Below are positions 1-9,118 of a DNA stretch of 39,778 bases, one piece after another. The notes beneath the pieces were generated by a model, which saw only the letters and a list, made by a program, of their open reading frames with translations, was not told the DNA's origin and searched no databases. The position numbers were made by a program, and so were the translations under genes. Numbering within the stretch: position 1 is the first letter of the stretch; each line of letters opens with the position of its first letter. This DNA comes from Verrucomicrobiales bacterium. Lineage in GTDB: Bacteria > Verrucomicrobiota > Verrucomicrobiia > Verrucomicrobiales > SLCJ01. Location of the stretch: positions 1 through 39,778 of the forward strand of contig JBJTQJ010000003.1 in NCBI GenBank assembly GCA_046075565.1. Reading direction: 5' to 3'.

Positions 1-145
1 ACGCTACCTCAAAGGGCTGCTTGCCGGATTCCATAGCCACTTGGGGGCTGAGGCCACCCAAGATCTCTACCAGCGCCTCTGCGCCCAGCACCGCCAACTT
101 TGCTCTCTGAACCACTGGTTCGACCACTTTCCCCTGCCCCGGTGA
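1..145 (+). CDS. 3' end of an unidentified gene entering from the left edge
   Basis: Frame 2 is open from the edge (RYLKGLLAGFHSHLGAEATQDLYQRLCAQHRQ...) to TGA at 143-145; no family recognised. Confidence 0.45.
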   Translation, partial: RYLKGLLAGFHSHLGAEATQDLYQRLCAQHRQLCSLNHWFDHFPLPR

Positions 146-182
146 GCGGGGAATCACAAAACAAACAAAACTAGCAAAAAGT

Positions 183-758
183 ATGTTAAAAAAATTCAAC
201 AAGATGTGCTTGGCAGCTGCTGCATGCACGCTGCTGGGCATAGGTGCCGCTAACGCGGCGGTGACGCTGACTTTTCAGCAGGTCGGAGATGACGTGACCG
301 CGACTTGGTCCGGCACATATGAACTACTTTCCTCCGACCTGTTTACTTCGGGAACCATGCCGACCACGCAATTTATCGTTGGATCCTCTATGGCCGTCGG
401 GCTGGTCCCTGGCGACACCTCCTACTCAGATGCTGGTTCCCATTACCCCTCTGGTCTCTCATCTTTTCAGGACTTTTCTGGTGGTTATTCTGGTGCTACC
501 TTCGGTTTTTATTTTTCTTATTTGTATGTCCCCGCGGATGCCCTTCCTGGTAGTTCTTATTCGCCGACTGGCACTATGACTTTGGCCAACACTACCCTGG
601 CTGGGATTGGGGCCAGCTCATTTAACAATTTCCTGGCATACGAGGGCGCGGGGAACACTAGCGGGAATCGGGAAATACGGTTCAACACGGTCCCCGAGCC
701 CAGCGCCTCCATCCTCGGCCTCCTCGGGTCGGTTGCACTCCTTCGCCGCCGTAGGTAG
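183..758 (+). CDS. PEP-CTERM sorting domain protein
   Basis: Signal peptide (..AANA|AVTL) and C-terminal VPEPSASILGLLGSVALLRRRR. Confidence 0.93.
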   Translation: MLKKFNKMCLAAAACTLLGIGAANAAVTLTFQQVGDDVTATWSGTYELLSSDLFTSGTMPTTQFIVGSSMAVGLVPGDTSYSDAGSHYPSGLSSFQDFSGGYSGATFGFYFSYLYVPADALPGSSYSPTGTMTLANTTLAGIGASSFNNFLAYEGAGNTSGNREIRFNTVPEPSASILGLLGSVALLRRRR

Positions 759-863
759 AGTCCATAGACTGCCCTCCCGCCGCGCGTGCCCTCGCCGGCA
801 TGGGGGTGGCCGATTCCTTCCCCCGGATTAGCTTTACTGAATACCCATTCGGAACAATCCCCA

Positions 864-963
864 TTTCCCCGCCCTCCAGCCTTCGCCAAGGCTACGGCCG
901 ACAGGCCGGTCCGCCCCAAACGCTGTTGCAATGGCTGCCCGCCAAAAGCAAATTCCTAACAGC
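864..963 (+). repeat. 100-bp direct repeat copy 1, containing the REP-like CCTTCGCCAAGGCTACGGCCGACAGG motif
   Basis: Matches 3101-3200 with 7 mismatches by manual count; first 52 nt identical. Confidence 0.95.
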
Positions 964-1029
964 CAGCCAAGATCGGGCGTGACAGCGGCTCGCCGTTCGG
1001 ATTAAATATCGAACTTCCCACCCCCGTTG

Positions 1030-2184
1030 ATGCCAGGCATTCTCCGTCATTTCCCGTTGATTTGCACCACCCTCCTGCTGGTGGCCGCCCCGGATCTGTC
1101 GGCATGCGGAATGTGTTCTTCCCTCGGTTTCCGGAATTCGTCATTACATGAAATCGGATCCGGTGCCGGCGATGGCGGGAGCGCGGGACTGGCACCCGGA
1201 GGATCGACCACGGCGGGTCTCGGTAGCTTCGGTATCGCCATCGCGGCCGGGGCGGAGTTGTTCAACAACACGGCGGCCCTCGCGGCCTTCCAGCGCGCGG
1301 CCGACACCTGGGCTTCCTTCATCTCCGATCCAATCCAAATCACGATCCAAGCCAATCTGGCCGATCTTGGAAACCCAAACACGATTGGCTCCGCGTCGAG
1401 CGTCCTGCTGCAAGGCGGGTTCAATCTCATTCGCGGCGCCATGGTGGCCGATGATCCGGGCGATCCATTGTTGCAAGCCCTGCCCCTGCTGAATGGCTTC
1501 AACGCCACCTTGCCCCCGGGGATCACCCTGGGCGGCGACCTGCTCTTGACCAAAGCCAACGCGAAAGCCCTCGGCTTCACCGGCCTTGATAATGCTTTCG
1601 GTATCTCCGACGCCACCATCACCTTCAACTCGAAGTTCATTTTCGACTACGACCGCTCCGATGGCGTCGCGGCGGGTGCCATTGATTTCGAATCCGTGGC
1701 CCTCCATGAAATCGGCCATGCCCTCGGTTTCATCTCGAGTGTGGATGATGTGGATTTCGCGAAACAAAACAACCTGACCGGCACCTTGAGCCCGATGGTC
1801 TTTGATTTGTTTCGTTTCTCCAACGGGGACGCATTCGACCCGTCAAATCTCTCCCAATTCACCTCATTCCCGCGCTTCCTCGACTCCGGCGGCAGCGCCG
1901 TCTTCGATACGATCGACACCGAATGGGCGCTCTCGACGGGAGCGTTCACCGGCGATGGGCGGCAGGCCAGCCATTGGGTCGACGGGCCTCCATCCATCCA
2001 ATCCATCGGCGCGATGGACCCGACCCTCGCCTTCGGGCAGGTTTTCGGGCCCACCGCCGCCGATCTCAGGGTTCTCGATCTCATCGGCTACAACGTGATA
2101 CCGGAACCCTCGAGCGTTTCGGTCCTGCTTTCGATGCTCATCCTCGCGCTCTTCCACCGCCGCCGGCATGGCCAATCCGACTGA
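1030..2184 (+). CDS. PEP-CTERM zinc metalloprotease (NF038122-like)
   Basis: Signal peptide, HEIGHALGF zincin motif, SHW and MDP downstream motifs, C-terminal IPEPSS-TM-RRR; ATG at 1030. Confidence 0.9.
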   Translation: MPGILRHFPLICTTLLLVAAPDLSACGMCSSLGFRNSSLHEIGSGAGDGGSAGLAPGGSTTAGLGSFGIAIAAGAELFNNTAALAAFQRAADTWASFISDPIQITIQANLADLGNPNTIGSASSVLLQGGFNLIRGAMVADDPGDPLLQALPLLNGFNATLPPGITLGGDLLLTKANAKALGFTGLDNAFGISDATITFNSKFIFDYDRSDGVAAGAIDFESVALHEIGHALGFISSVDDVDFAKQNNLTGTLSPMVFDLFRFSNGDAFDPSNLSQFTSFPRFLDSGGSAVFDTIDTEWALSTGAFTGDGRQASHWVDGPPSIQSIGAMDPTLAFGQVFGPTAADLRVLDLIGYNVIPEPSSVSVLLSMLILALFHRRRHGQSD

Positions 2185-2965
2185 AAATGGTCGCCGAGCG
2201 CTCGTTGTCGTCGGGCTCATCGCCTCGGCGGCATTTTTCCTTCTCGCTTTCCTCATCAAGTCCGGCCTCGGTCGTTCCCGCTCCGCTGGCGCTTCCCCGG
2301 TGCTTGCCCATTCCTCCGGCCCTCCCGCAACCGCCGCGGAACGGGAAAAGCTCGCGCGGGAGATGGCGGAAAAAGTCCTGGCGGCGAAGGGTTGGAAACA
2401 ATGGCTTCCGTTGGTCAAGGATCCCACCCGTGTCGAGCCGATGATGAGGACCCACCACGAGGTGCAGGGCCACGGTCTTTTCCCCGAGGGCACGAGTCTG
2501 CTCCGCATGGCCGATTCCGGATTGACCGACCGGTGGGCTTGGTATGGGCTGTATCGTCTGCCCGATGGGGAATTGAGTCCGACCGCGTTTGTCTGGAGCG
2601 AGGGCGGATTCCGTTTCGATTGGGAAAGCTGGTCGGCCCATGGCAGCATTGTCTGGCGCGAATGGCTGGAACTCAAGCCGGATCGGGAACACGAGCTGCG
2701 GGTCTATGTCGAATCGGGCGGTGAACGGCCGGGTTTACTCCTGCCCAGTGTGCCCTCCTCATGGAAACGGGTGGCACTCGTGCACCGCGATTCCCCCGAG
2801 AGCGCCGATGCCTGGCTTGCCGGTGAACCCGCAGCCAGCGAGATTTCCGAACTTATGGCAGGCAATCGCCGCGTGCCCGTGACTCTCATTGTGCGTTGGG
2901 AGAAAGTCGGAGACCAGGAAGTCGCCGAGATCCAACGCCTCGTCCACCCGGGATGGAGCCGGTGA
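2168..2965 (+). CDS. Hypothetical protein with N-terminal membrane anchor
   Basis: 265 aa ORF overlapping the upstream stop; one TM segment (LVVVGLIASAAFFLLAFLI). Confidence 0.75.
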   Translation: MANPTENGRRALVVVGLIASAAFFLLAFLIKSGLGRSRSAGASPVLAHSSGPPATAAEREKLAREMAEKVLAAKGWKQWLPLVKDPTRVEPMMRTHHEVQGHGLFPEGTSLLRMADSGLTDRWAWYGLYRLPDGELSPTAFVWSEGGFRFDWESWSAHGSIVWREWLELKPDREHELRVYVESGGERPGLLLPSVPSSWKRVALVHRDSPESADAWLAGEPAASEISELMAGNRRVPVTLIVRWEKVGDQEVAEIQRLVHPGWSR

Positions 2966-3100
2966 AGTGGCGCGGGAGCGGAATGGCCCGGCCGGGAATA
3001 AAATGTTTGAAATACGCCAGATTCCATGAGATACATCTGCCCCCGGCGGGAACCTGTCCGGCGGGCAAAATTTCATGAGCACACGACTTTTCACCCCCCT

Positions 3101-3200
3101 TTTCCCCGCCCTCCAGCCTTCGCCAAGGCTACGGCCGACAGGCCGGTCCGCCTCAAACGCTGTTTCAAGGGATGCCCGCCAAAAGCGAATTTCTAGCAGC
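3101..3200 (+). repeat. 100-bp direct repeat copy 2
   Basis: 93/100 identical to 864-963. Confidence 0.95.
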
Positions 3201-3211
3201 TCGCGCGCTGT

Positions 3212-3373
3212 TCACCCCTGGACTATTTTCGTCTGTTCCTATGGGAGGCCTTTCAACTCGTCGCTTCAGCTCTTCAACCCAGTTCTAGGCGGGATCTGCT
3301 CAGCACCCTGCGCGGAAATCTAGCCGCCATCAGCCAAATCCTGTCTACCTATTCCCGAACGAACCTGACCTGA
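3212..3373 (+). pseudogene. Start-less gene 3' remnant, possibly a GT2 glycosyltransferase C-terminus
   Basis: SPLDYFRLFLWEAFQLVASALQPSSRRDLLSTLRGNLAAISQIL...TGA; begins just after repeat copy 2 with no start codon. Confidence 0.4.
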
Positions 3374-3383
3374 CACTCACGAT

Positions 3384-4004
3384 CTGAATCTTCACTATGG
3401 ATGCAGTCTTGATACCGGGCCTGGTTGGCACAATTGCGATGCCAGCCCCACGTTGCGACTACAGCGCCTCCCGCTGCTAGGGTGGGTGTTCAGACGCGCG
3501 ATCAAGCCGAGATTCCCGGATGCCGTCCAGTACGGCGATATTGTGAGAGGGATCGGAGGTGTCGGCCAGGGGTCATGCGATGCCATTTACTGCTCCCACA
3601 TTCTGGAACATCTCGCGTTGGACGACCTGCGTCTGGCCCTGCGAAATACGCACGGCTATCTACGTCCTGGAGGCATCTTTCGCGTCGTTGTGCCGGACTT
3701 TGAGCAGCAAATGGCAGCGTATCAGTCCAACCCGAATCCCGAGGCTCTTTCCAACTTTATGGGTTACACCCACCTGGGAAGGCACCGGTGTCCAAAAGGC
3801 ATCAAAGACTTCCTTCGCGAGCACTTCAGAAACTCCCCTCACTTGTGGATGTGGGATGAAAAAGGCCTCGCGGCAGAACTCAAATCGGCTGGTTTCACAA
3901 ACATCCGCCGATGCCAGGCCGGCGATTCGGTGAACAAGGCCTTCCTCGCGGTTGAAAATCCAGACCGCTTCGCCGGTGGCCTAGCCTTCGAGTGTAGCCG
4001 GTAA
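3384..4004 (+). CDS. Class I SAM-dependent methyltransferase-domain protein (start codon damaged or non-canonical)
   Basis: The frame extends upstream of the TTG at 3453 as LNLHYGCSLDTGPGWHNCDASPTLRL; also YCSHILEHL, LRPGGIFRVVVPD and HLWMWD motifs; in-frame TGA at 3366 with no ATG in between. Confidence 0.8.
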   Translation: MNLHYGCSLDTGPGWHNCDASPTLRLQRLPLLGWVFRRAIKPRFPDAVQYGDIVRGIGGVGQGSCDAIYCSHILEHLALDDLRLALRNTHGYLRPGGIFRVVVPDFEQQMAAYQSNPNPEALSNFMGYTHLGRHRCPKGIKDFLREHFRNSPHLWMWDEKGLAAELKSAGFTNIRRCQAGDSVNKAFLAVENPDRFAGGLAFECSR

Positions 4005-4030
4005 CGGAGCGTTCCCGCCAACCAATCCTT

Positions 4031-4120
4031 ATGTCTGCTTCTTTGCCAGTCTCCGTAGGCATCCCCACCTACGCTCGTGGTTGGCGGCCTACACCGCCAT
4101 CGCCCTCGCTCTCAAGGTGA
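4031..4120 (+). pseudogene. GT2 glycosyltransferase N-terminal remnant
   Basis: ATG 4031 gives MSASLPVSVGIPTYARG (GT2 'VSV.IPTY.R' start motif), then the frame closes at TGA about 4118-4120. Confidence 0.65.
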
Positions 4121-5724
4121 ATCCGAGCATCAGCCGCTTGTATTGTACGCTCGCCTTCCTCACCTCCACCATCCTGCTGCTCACCTGGCGAGGCGCCTTT
4201 CACTCCCTCGTTCGCGATGGAGCCATCGCGCGCGAACTGCGTCAGAAGGCTGTTTTCATCGGATGGAATTCCGAATGCACGCGCGCCCTCGTCCGCATCC
4301 AGCAAGGCCGTGGCCACCCCACCGAGATCATCGGCATCATCGCTCCGCCCGACGGTCAATTCCAATGCCCCCCGCCTGCGGATATCCCGGTGCTGGGAAA
4401 TTACAACCATCGCCGCCAGCTCATGCGCGACAGCGGTGCCGATATCCTGCTCGCCGTGGACGGAGCCATAAGTCGCGATGAAATGGTCCATCTCTCGGAA
4501 GTTTGCGGACGTGATCTCATCGACTTCAAACTCATCCCGAGCTGCTTCCAGGTGCTGCCCTCCAATCTGCAATTGGAAAACATCAATGGCAAGCCCGTGC
4601 TCGGCATCGGCCCGGCCCTTGCACACGGGCTGGCCAAAGCCGGTGAGGATACCGCGGCCCGCCGCCGACTTGCCGCAACATCCACAGGGCTCGCCCTTCT
4701 TCTGGTCCTCGCGGCCATGGGTGCGCTGGCCGCCATCCTTCTCACTATCCCTTATCCGGTTCTGTTAGGCGAACAATTCGCCGGCAAAGAGGACATGCTG
4801 CGCCCCGCGCTCTGGCTCGGCACCGCCATGCTCGGTCTGCTGCTCCTGCTCAATCTCACCGATCGTTTGCGCGAGGGTTGCCTGGAAACCCACGCCAACA
4901 ACATCTGGGGCGCGGTCGGAAATGTGCTCGCCGCCGCCGCGGTCGGCTTGGGTGTTTTGAAATTCCCTTACGTCTGGTTCCTCGTGCTCGCCATCTACGG
5001 GTCACAGATCATCGCCAAATCCTGCAATACCCTCTCGCTGTGGAAACGTCATCCCGAACTGCTGCCACGCCCGCGCGATTGGCATGGTCCCACCGCCCGC
5101 CATCTTTTCAGCGACGGACTCGCCTTCTCCGTCTATTCCCTCCTCACCGGGCTTGTCGAGTTCAACCTCGCGGGCTGGCTCTGCGGTCGGGTCGGGGGCC
5201 CGAGCCTGACCAGTCTCTATGGTGTTTTTGTCAGTGTGAGCGTGCTCCAACTCGGCTTCGTGATGATGGTGAGCACACCCACCTGGCCGGCGGTCGCCGA
5301 GGCCTTCGCCCGCGGTGATCTCTCCTGGGCACGCACCGCCGCCCGAAAGCTCGTGCTTTTCGCCATGGCCTTCGGTGTCGCCGCCTTCGTTGGCTGGACG
5401 CTTCTCGGACCATGGATCTTTCCCCTCTGGCTCGGTCCCGATTTCGCCGACGTGCAACGTCCCGTCTTCGCCGCCTTCGGTTTCTACTTTTTCGCCCACA
5501 CCTGGCGGCACGCGCACCACATGCTGATGATCGGCACCGGCCAGGTGCGCAAACTCGCCTGCATCCAGCTGGCCGAGTCCCTCGTCATTGCCGTTCCCCT
5601 CTACCCCGCGCTCCGCTTCGGCGGCATCACCGCCATGTTCACCTTGCTTGGCGGCGGCATCCTCCTCATCACCGGCACCCAACTGCCGCGTTTCGTGCTC
5701 CAATCGCTCAAGGCGGGAAAATAA
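4081..5724 (+). pseudogene. In-frame chimera: internal part of a WcaJ-like sugar transferase fused to the C-terminal part of a Wzx/MATE-like flippase
   Basis: WLAAY..LKVNPSISRLY, KAVFIGWN and LENINGKPVLGI resemble WcaJ N-terminal/CoA-binding regions, but the catalytic sugar-transferase domain is absent; from GIGPALAHGL onward a multi-TM flippase-like sequence (PTWPAVAEAFARGDLSWAR). Confidence 0.7.
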
Positions 5725-5744
5725 AATCGAGCCGGATTCGGTTC

Positions 5745-5773
5745 TTGCATGGCGGCGGGGATTCCCGCATGGT
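5745..5773 (+). promoter_or_regulatory. Putative sigma70 promoter of leaderless ppk2
   Basis: TTGCAT-N17-CATGGT-N6-ATG. Confidence 0.5.
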
Positions 5774-5779
5774 GGCGGC

Positions 5780-6589
5780 ATGGATGCCTACCGCGTTGCC
5801 CCGGGCTCGAAAGTCAATCTCTCGAAAACTCCGACCAAGGATCTGTCCGTCTTTTCAAAACTCACCAAGGACACCCATCTCGAAAAGTTGGAGGAACTGC
5901 GTGAGGAACTGAAGGTTCTCCAGCACCTGCTCTTTGCCTCTAACAACCACAAGCTCCTCGTCGTGGTGCAGGCCATGGACACGGGCGGCAAGGACGGCCT
6001 CGCCCGCCACGTTTTCGCCCACCTTGATCCCCAGGGTGTGGATGTCATTCCCTTCAAGGCTCCGACCCATGAGGAACTGGCCCACGATTTCCTCTGGCGC
6101 ATCCACCGCCATTGCCCGGCAAGCGGGCGTATCACCGTCTTCAACCGCAGCCACTATGAGGATATCATCGCCGTGCGGGTGAAAAAACTTTTCCCCGATC
6201 CGGTTTGGAAAAACCGCTACCGCCACGTCCTCGAATTCGAGCGCATGCTCGCCGAGGAAGGCACGACCATCCTCAAGATTTTCCTGCACATCAGCAAGGA
6301 AGAGCAAAAGCGCCGGCTCGAAAGCCGGCTCGCCGAACCTTCCAAGCACTGGAAATTCAACCCCGAGGATTTGCGCGACCGCACCCGCTTCGGCGAGTTC
6401 CTCGATGCTTACAGTGATGCCATATCCGCCACTTCGACGCCACACGCGCCCTGGCACATCATCCCCGCCGACCGCAAGTGGTATCGGAACGTGGTCGTCG
6501 CCAAAATCGTGGTGGATACAATGAAAAAACTCAAGCTCGGCTATCCGCCACCGAGTTTCGATCCGCAGACGATCACCATCGAGGATTGA
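5780..6589 (+). CDS. ppk2: Polyphosphate kinase 2 family (polyphosphate:nucleotide phosphotransferase, class III-like)
   Basis: QAMDTGGKDG, FKAPTHEELAHDFLWR, FNRSHYEDI, KHWKF and PWHIIPADRKWYR motifs; likely start MDAYRV at 5780. Confidence 0.95.
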   Translation: MDAYRVAPGSKVNLSKTPTKDLSVFSKLTKDTHLEKLEELREELKVLQHLLFASNNHKLLVVVQAMDTGGKDGLARHVFAHLDPQGVDVIPFKAPTHEELAHDFLWRIHRHCPASGRITVFNRSHYEDIIAVRVKKLFPDPVWKNRYRHVLEFERMLAEEGTTILKIFLHISKEEQKRRLESRLAEPSKHWKFNPEDLRDRTRFGEFLDAYSDAISATSTPHAPWHIIPADRKWYRNVVVAKIVVDTMKKLKLGYPPPSFDPQTITIED

Positions 6590-6674
6590 TTTCGATCCAA
6601 CGAAAGTGATGGTGCCGCGATCGATCAGGAATCCGGCATGGTCGTGGAGGTGCGGAACGAAATACGCGCAGGCT

Positions 6675-8072
6675 TCACAAGTGTTCCTCGATCGGCAGGC
6701 AGCCGAGCAAGCTGACGAGCAGGCGGAGCCCGAGTCCCGCATGGGGTTCTTTGGCCGTCACGTTCCCATCCGCGCCTTTCCAGAAGAGACGGTTGTCTGC
6801 GAGTCCGACTTCGTTGGACTCGGCCATCAGGGATTCCGCAAATTCGGCGGCTTCGCAGGCGAGCGCCGGGCAATCGACAAGAATTCCCATTTCCGTATTC
6901 AAGCGGGCCGAACGCGGGTCCAAATTGAAGGATCCGATGAAGACGGTCTTCCGGTCGATGACGAAAAGTTTCGCGTGCAGGCTCGCCCGGCCTTCTGAAG
7001 GACGGAATTGCAGCTTCGCTTTTCCGCTCCGCCGGAGTTGTCCGCCATCCGGTTTGAGTTCGAAGAGCCCCACGCCGCCGCGCAGAAGTGCGGGGCGTTT
7101 GGGCGAGTAACCGGCATGAACGGCGATGACGTCGTTTGATGCCAGCGAATTGGTGAGCACACGCACCTTCACTCCCCGTCTGGTGAGGCCGGTCAGACGC
7201 GTCAGCAAGCGGCGGCGGGGCACAAAATAGGGAGACACGATCAAGACTTCTGTCTCCGCACTCTCCATGGCCACTGCGAGCGCGGTGGCGAGTCCGCGTT
7301 TGCGCGCCCGACGGCTCCATGATTTCTCGGGCGGGTCAGCGAGCAACTGGGCTTTGGCTTCCGCCGCATCGCGGTTCCATGGCCGGGCTTCCGGTGGCAT
7401 CTCCGCGAGGTCCTGCCGGGCCAACACTTCCCGACCGCGGGCCGCGAGGAAGTCCAGCGCCGCACGGAAGGCCCCGGGGCCCGAGGCGAAAGCGCTTCCC
7501 GGCTCCACGACTTCACCCACCGGACGGGCGCGTTTGCTTTCCCAGTAGGCATCGAAACTTTTCCTCGCCTCCAGCGCCACCGGTCCATCGGCCGCGATAT
7601 CGAGATCATTGAAGGCGACTTCCGGGTCGAGGCCGAAGTATTCATTGCCGATGTTGCGACCGCCTACGACGCACCGGACATCATCGGATACCAGCGCCTT
7701 GTTATGCATGCGGCGGTTCAACTCCCCGAAACGCGTGAGCCATTCGAAAAATCTCAGCCAGCCGCGACGGAATGGATTGAACAAGCGCACTTCGATGCGC
7801 GGATGGGCATGAAAGGCCAGCAATCCGGCATCGCGGCCATCAAGATCAATGTCGTCGAGCAACACGCGCACGCGCACGCCCCGATCCGCCGCCGCCAGCA
7901 TGCGCTCGGCCAGCACCGCGCCCGCTTCATCCGCGTGCCAGAGGTAATACTGCAGTTCGAGTGTGCGTTCGGCCTGATCAATCAAGTCCAAACGCGCATG
8001 CAAGGCCTCCGGTCCATCGGTGAGCAGATAGACGCGCGACGGATGCGAGACCGGCGCTTCTTCCGTTTTCAC
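6675..8072 (-). CDS. Phospholipase D family protein (cardiolipin synthase ClsC/YmdC-like)
   Basis: Two HKD motifs (MHNKALVSD..GGRNIG and LHAKLFVID..GSFNLDPRS); GTG at 8072 overlaps the upstream TGA (GTGA). Confidence 0.92.
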   Translation of the reverse strand: MKTEEAPVSHPSRVYLLTDGPEALHARLDLIDQAERTLELQYYLWHADEAGAVLAERMLAAADRGVRVRVLLDDIDLDGRDAGLLAFHAHPRIEVRLFNPFRRGWLRFFEWLTRFGELNRRMHNKALVSDDVRCVVGGRNIGNEYFGLDPEVAFNDLDIAADGPVALEARKSFDAYWESKRARPVGEVVEPGSAFASGPGAFRAALDFLAARGREVLARQDLAEMPPEARPWNRDAAEAKAQLLADPPEKSWSRRARKRGLATALAVAMESAETEVLIVSPYFVPRRRLLTRLTGLTRRGVKVRVLTNSLASNDVIAVHAGYSPKRPALLRGGVGLFELKPDGGQLRRSGKAKLQFRPSEGRASLHAKLFVIDRKTVFIGSFNLDPRSARLNTEMGILVDCPALACEAAEFAESLMAESNEVGLADNRLFWKGADGNVTAKEPHAGLGLRLLVSLLGCLPIEEHL

Positions 8073-8824
8073 AATCCGCTTGGATGATCGATGAAACTCC
8101 ATGGCAAGTGGAATACACGTTCGAGTTCCGCGGCGAGGGCTTTCACTCCGAAGGTTTCGGTCGCGTAATGGCCGGCATAAAAAAGATTGATCCCCATTTC
8201 TTCCGCCGCCGTGTAACTCCAATGCGGGCCTTCGCCGGTGATGAAGGTATCCACTCCCATTCCCCCCAAAGCACCCACTTCGCCTCCGGCACCGCCGGTG
8301 ATGAGTCCCGCCATTTCCACCAATTCGGGTCCACCCGGACAAACATGGACGGGAGCCCCCGTGGCGGATTCAAGCCTGCGCCTCAATTCCTCCCGCGTGA
8401 TGCCAAGAAGTCCGCGCAGGCCGAGCTGGATCCCTTTCCAAGGAAAAAATGTTTCCGGCGACTCCATCCCGATGGCCCGGGCCAATTGGATGTTGTTGCC
8501 CATCTCCGGATGGACATCCAGGGGCAGATGCGAGGAGTAAATGGCCATTCCGCCTTCGATGGCGCGCCGGAGTTTGCGATACTGCGCACCTTTGATCGGC
8601 TGCGCCCCCGACCAGAACATCCCATGATGGACCAGGAGTAGATCCGCGCCCGCCTCGACCGCATCTTCGATGACCGCCTCGCAGGCATCGACGGCGCAGG
8701 CGACGCGGCCAACCCGCCCGGCATTGGCCAATTGCAGGCCGTTGATCGCACCGGGGTAATCCGGAATGGCCGACGTCTGCAGCCACCCATCCATCGCCGA
8801 AACCACTTCAGTCAGGTTCGCCAT
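8069..8824 (-). CDS. Nif3-like dinuclear metal center hexameric protein (YbgI/DUF34)
   Basis: NGLQ, LLLVHHG, YSSHLPLDVHPEMGNN, FITGE and GHYATETFG motifs. Confidence 0.95.
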   Translation of the reverse strand: MANLTEVVSAMDGWLQTSAIPDYPGAINGLQLANAGRVGRVACAVDACEAVIEDAVEAGADLLLVHHGMFWSGAQPIKGAQYRKLRRAIEGGMAIYSSHLPLDVHPEMGNNIQLARAIGMESPETFFPWKGIQLGLRGLLGITREELRRRLESATGAPVHVCPGGPELVEMAGLITGGAGGEVGALGGMGVDTFITGEGPHWSYTAAEEMGINLFYAGHYATETFGVKALAAELERVFHLPWSFIDHPSGL

Positions 8825-9032
8825 AGGACTTCACCATGGCCTCAATCCTCCCCCTCAACAAGCCGGAATCGAACGCCCACCGACGAACGTTTTTCCCGGT
8901 CCGCCAATCCGGGATTTTTTCGGCATTCCTGATCGCGAATTTTCGACCCGTCCTCACAGAAAGTAGAAAATCAGCCAATTTTCGAATTTGTCTTGGCAAA
9001 CGCCACTCGTTGTGGGAGCATCCCAGACCTTG

Positions 9033-9048
9033 CCACAATATATTGTGG
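9033..9048. promoter_or_regulatory. NrdR box
   Basis: Perfect 16-bp palindrome CCACAATATATTGTGG matching the NrdR consensus, 70 bp upstream of nrdJ; weaker possible second box at 9000-9015. Confidence 0.85.
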
Positions 9049-9118
9049 TGAGCGGTAAATATCCCGCGCCGACCGCCATTCAACCGCCAGAAGTTCCAAC
9101 CTCGACCAGCCCACCGCC

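Noticed and set aside
5588-8342. Extended N-termini given by the ORF track for ppk2 (5588) and the phospholipase D (8342)
   Set aside because: They overlap neighbouring genes; internal starts at 5780 and 8072 fit promoter and overlap evidence better. The same applies to 20643, 24833, 26458, 31722 and 39200.
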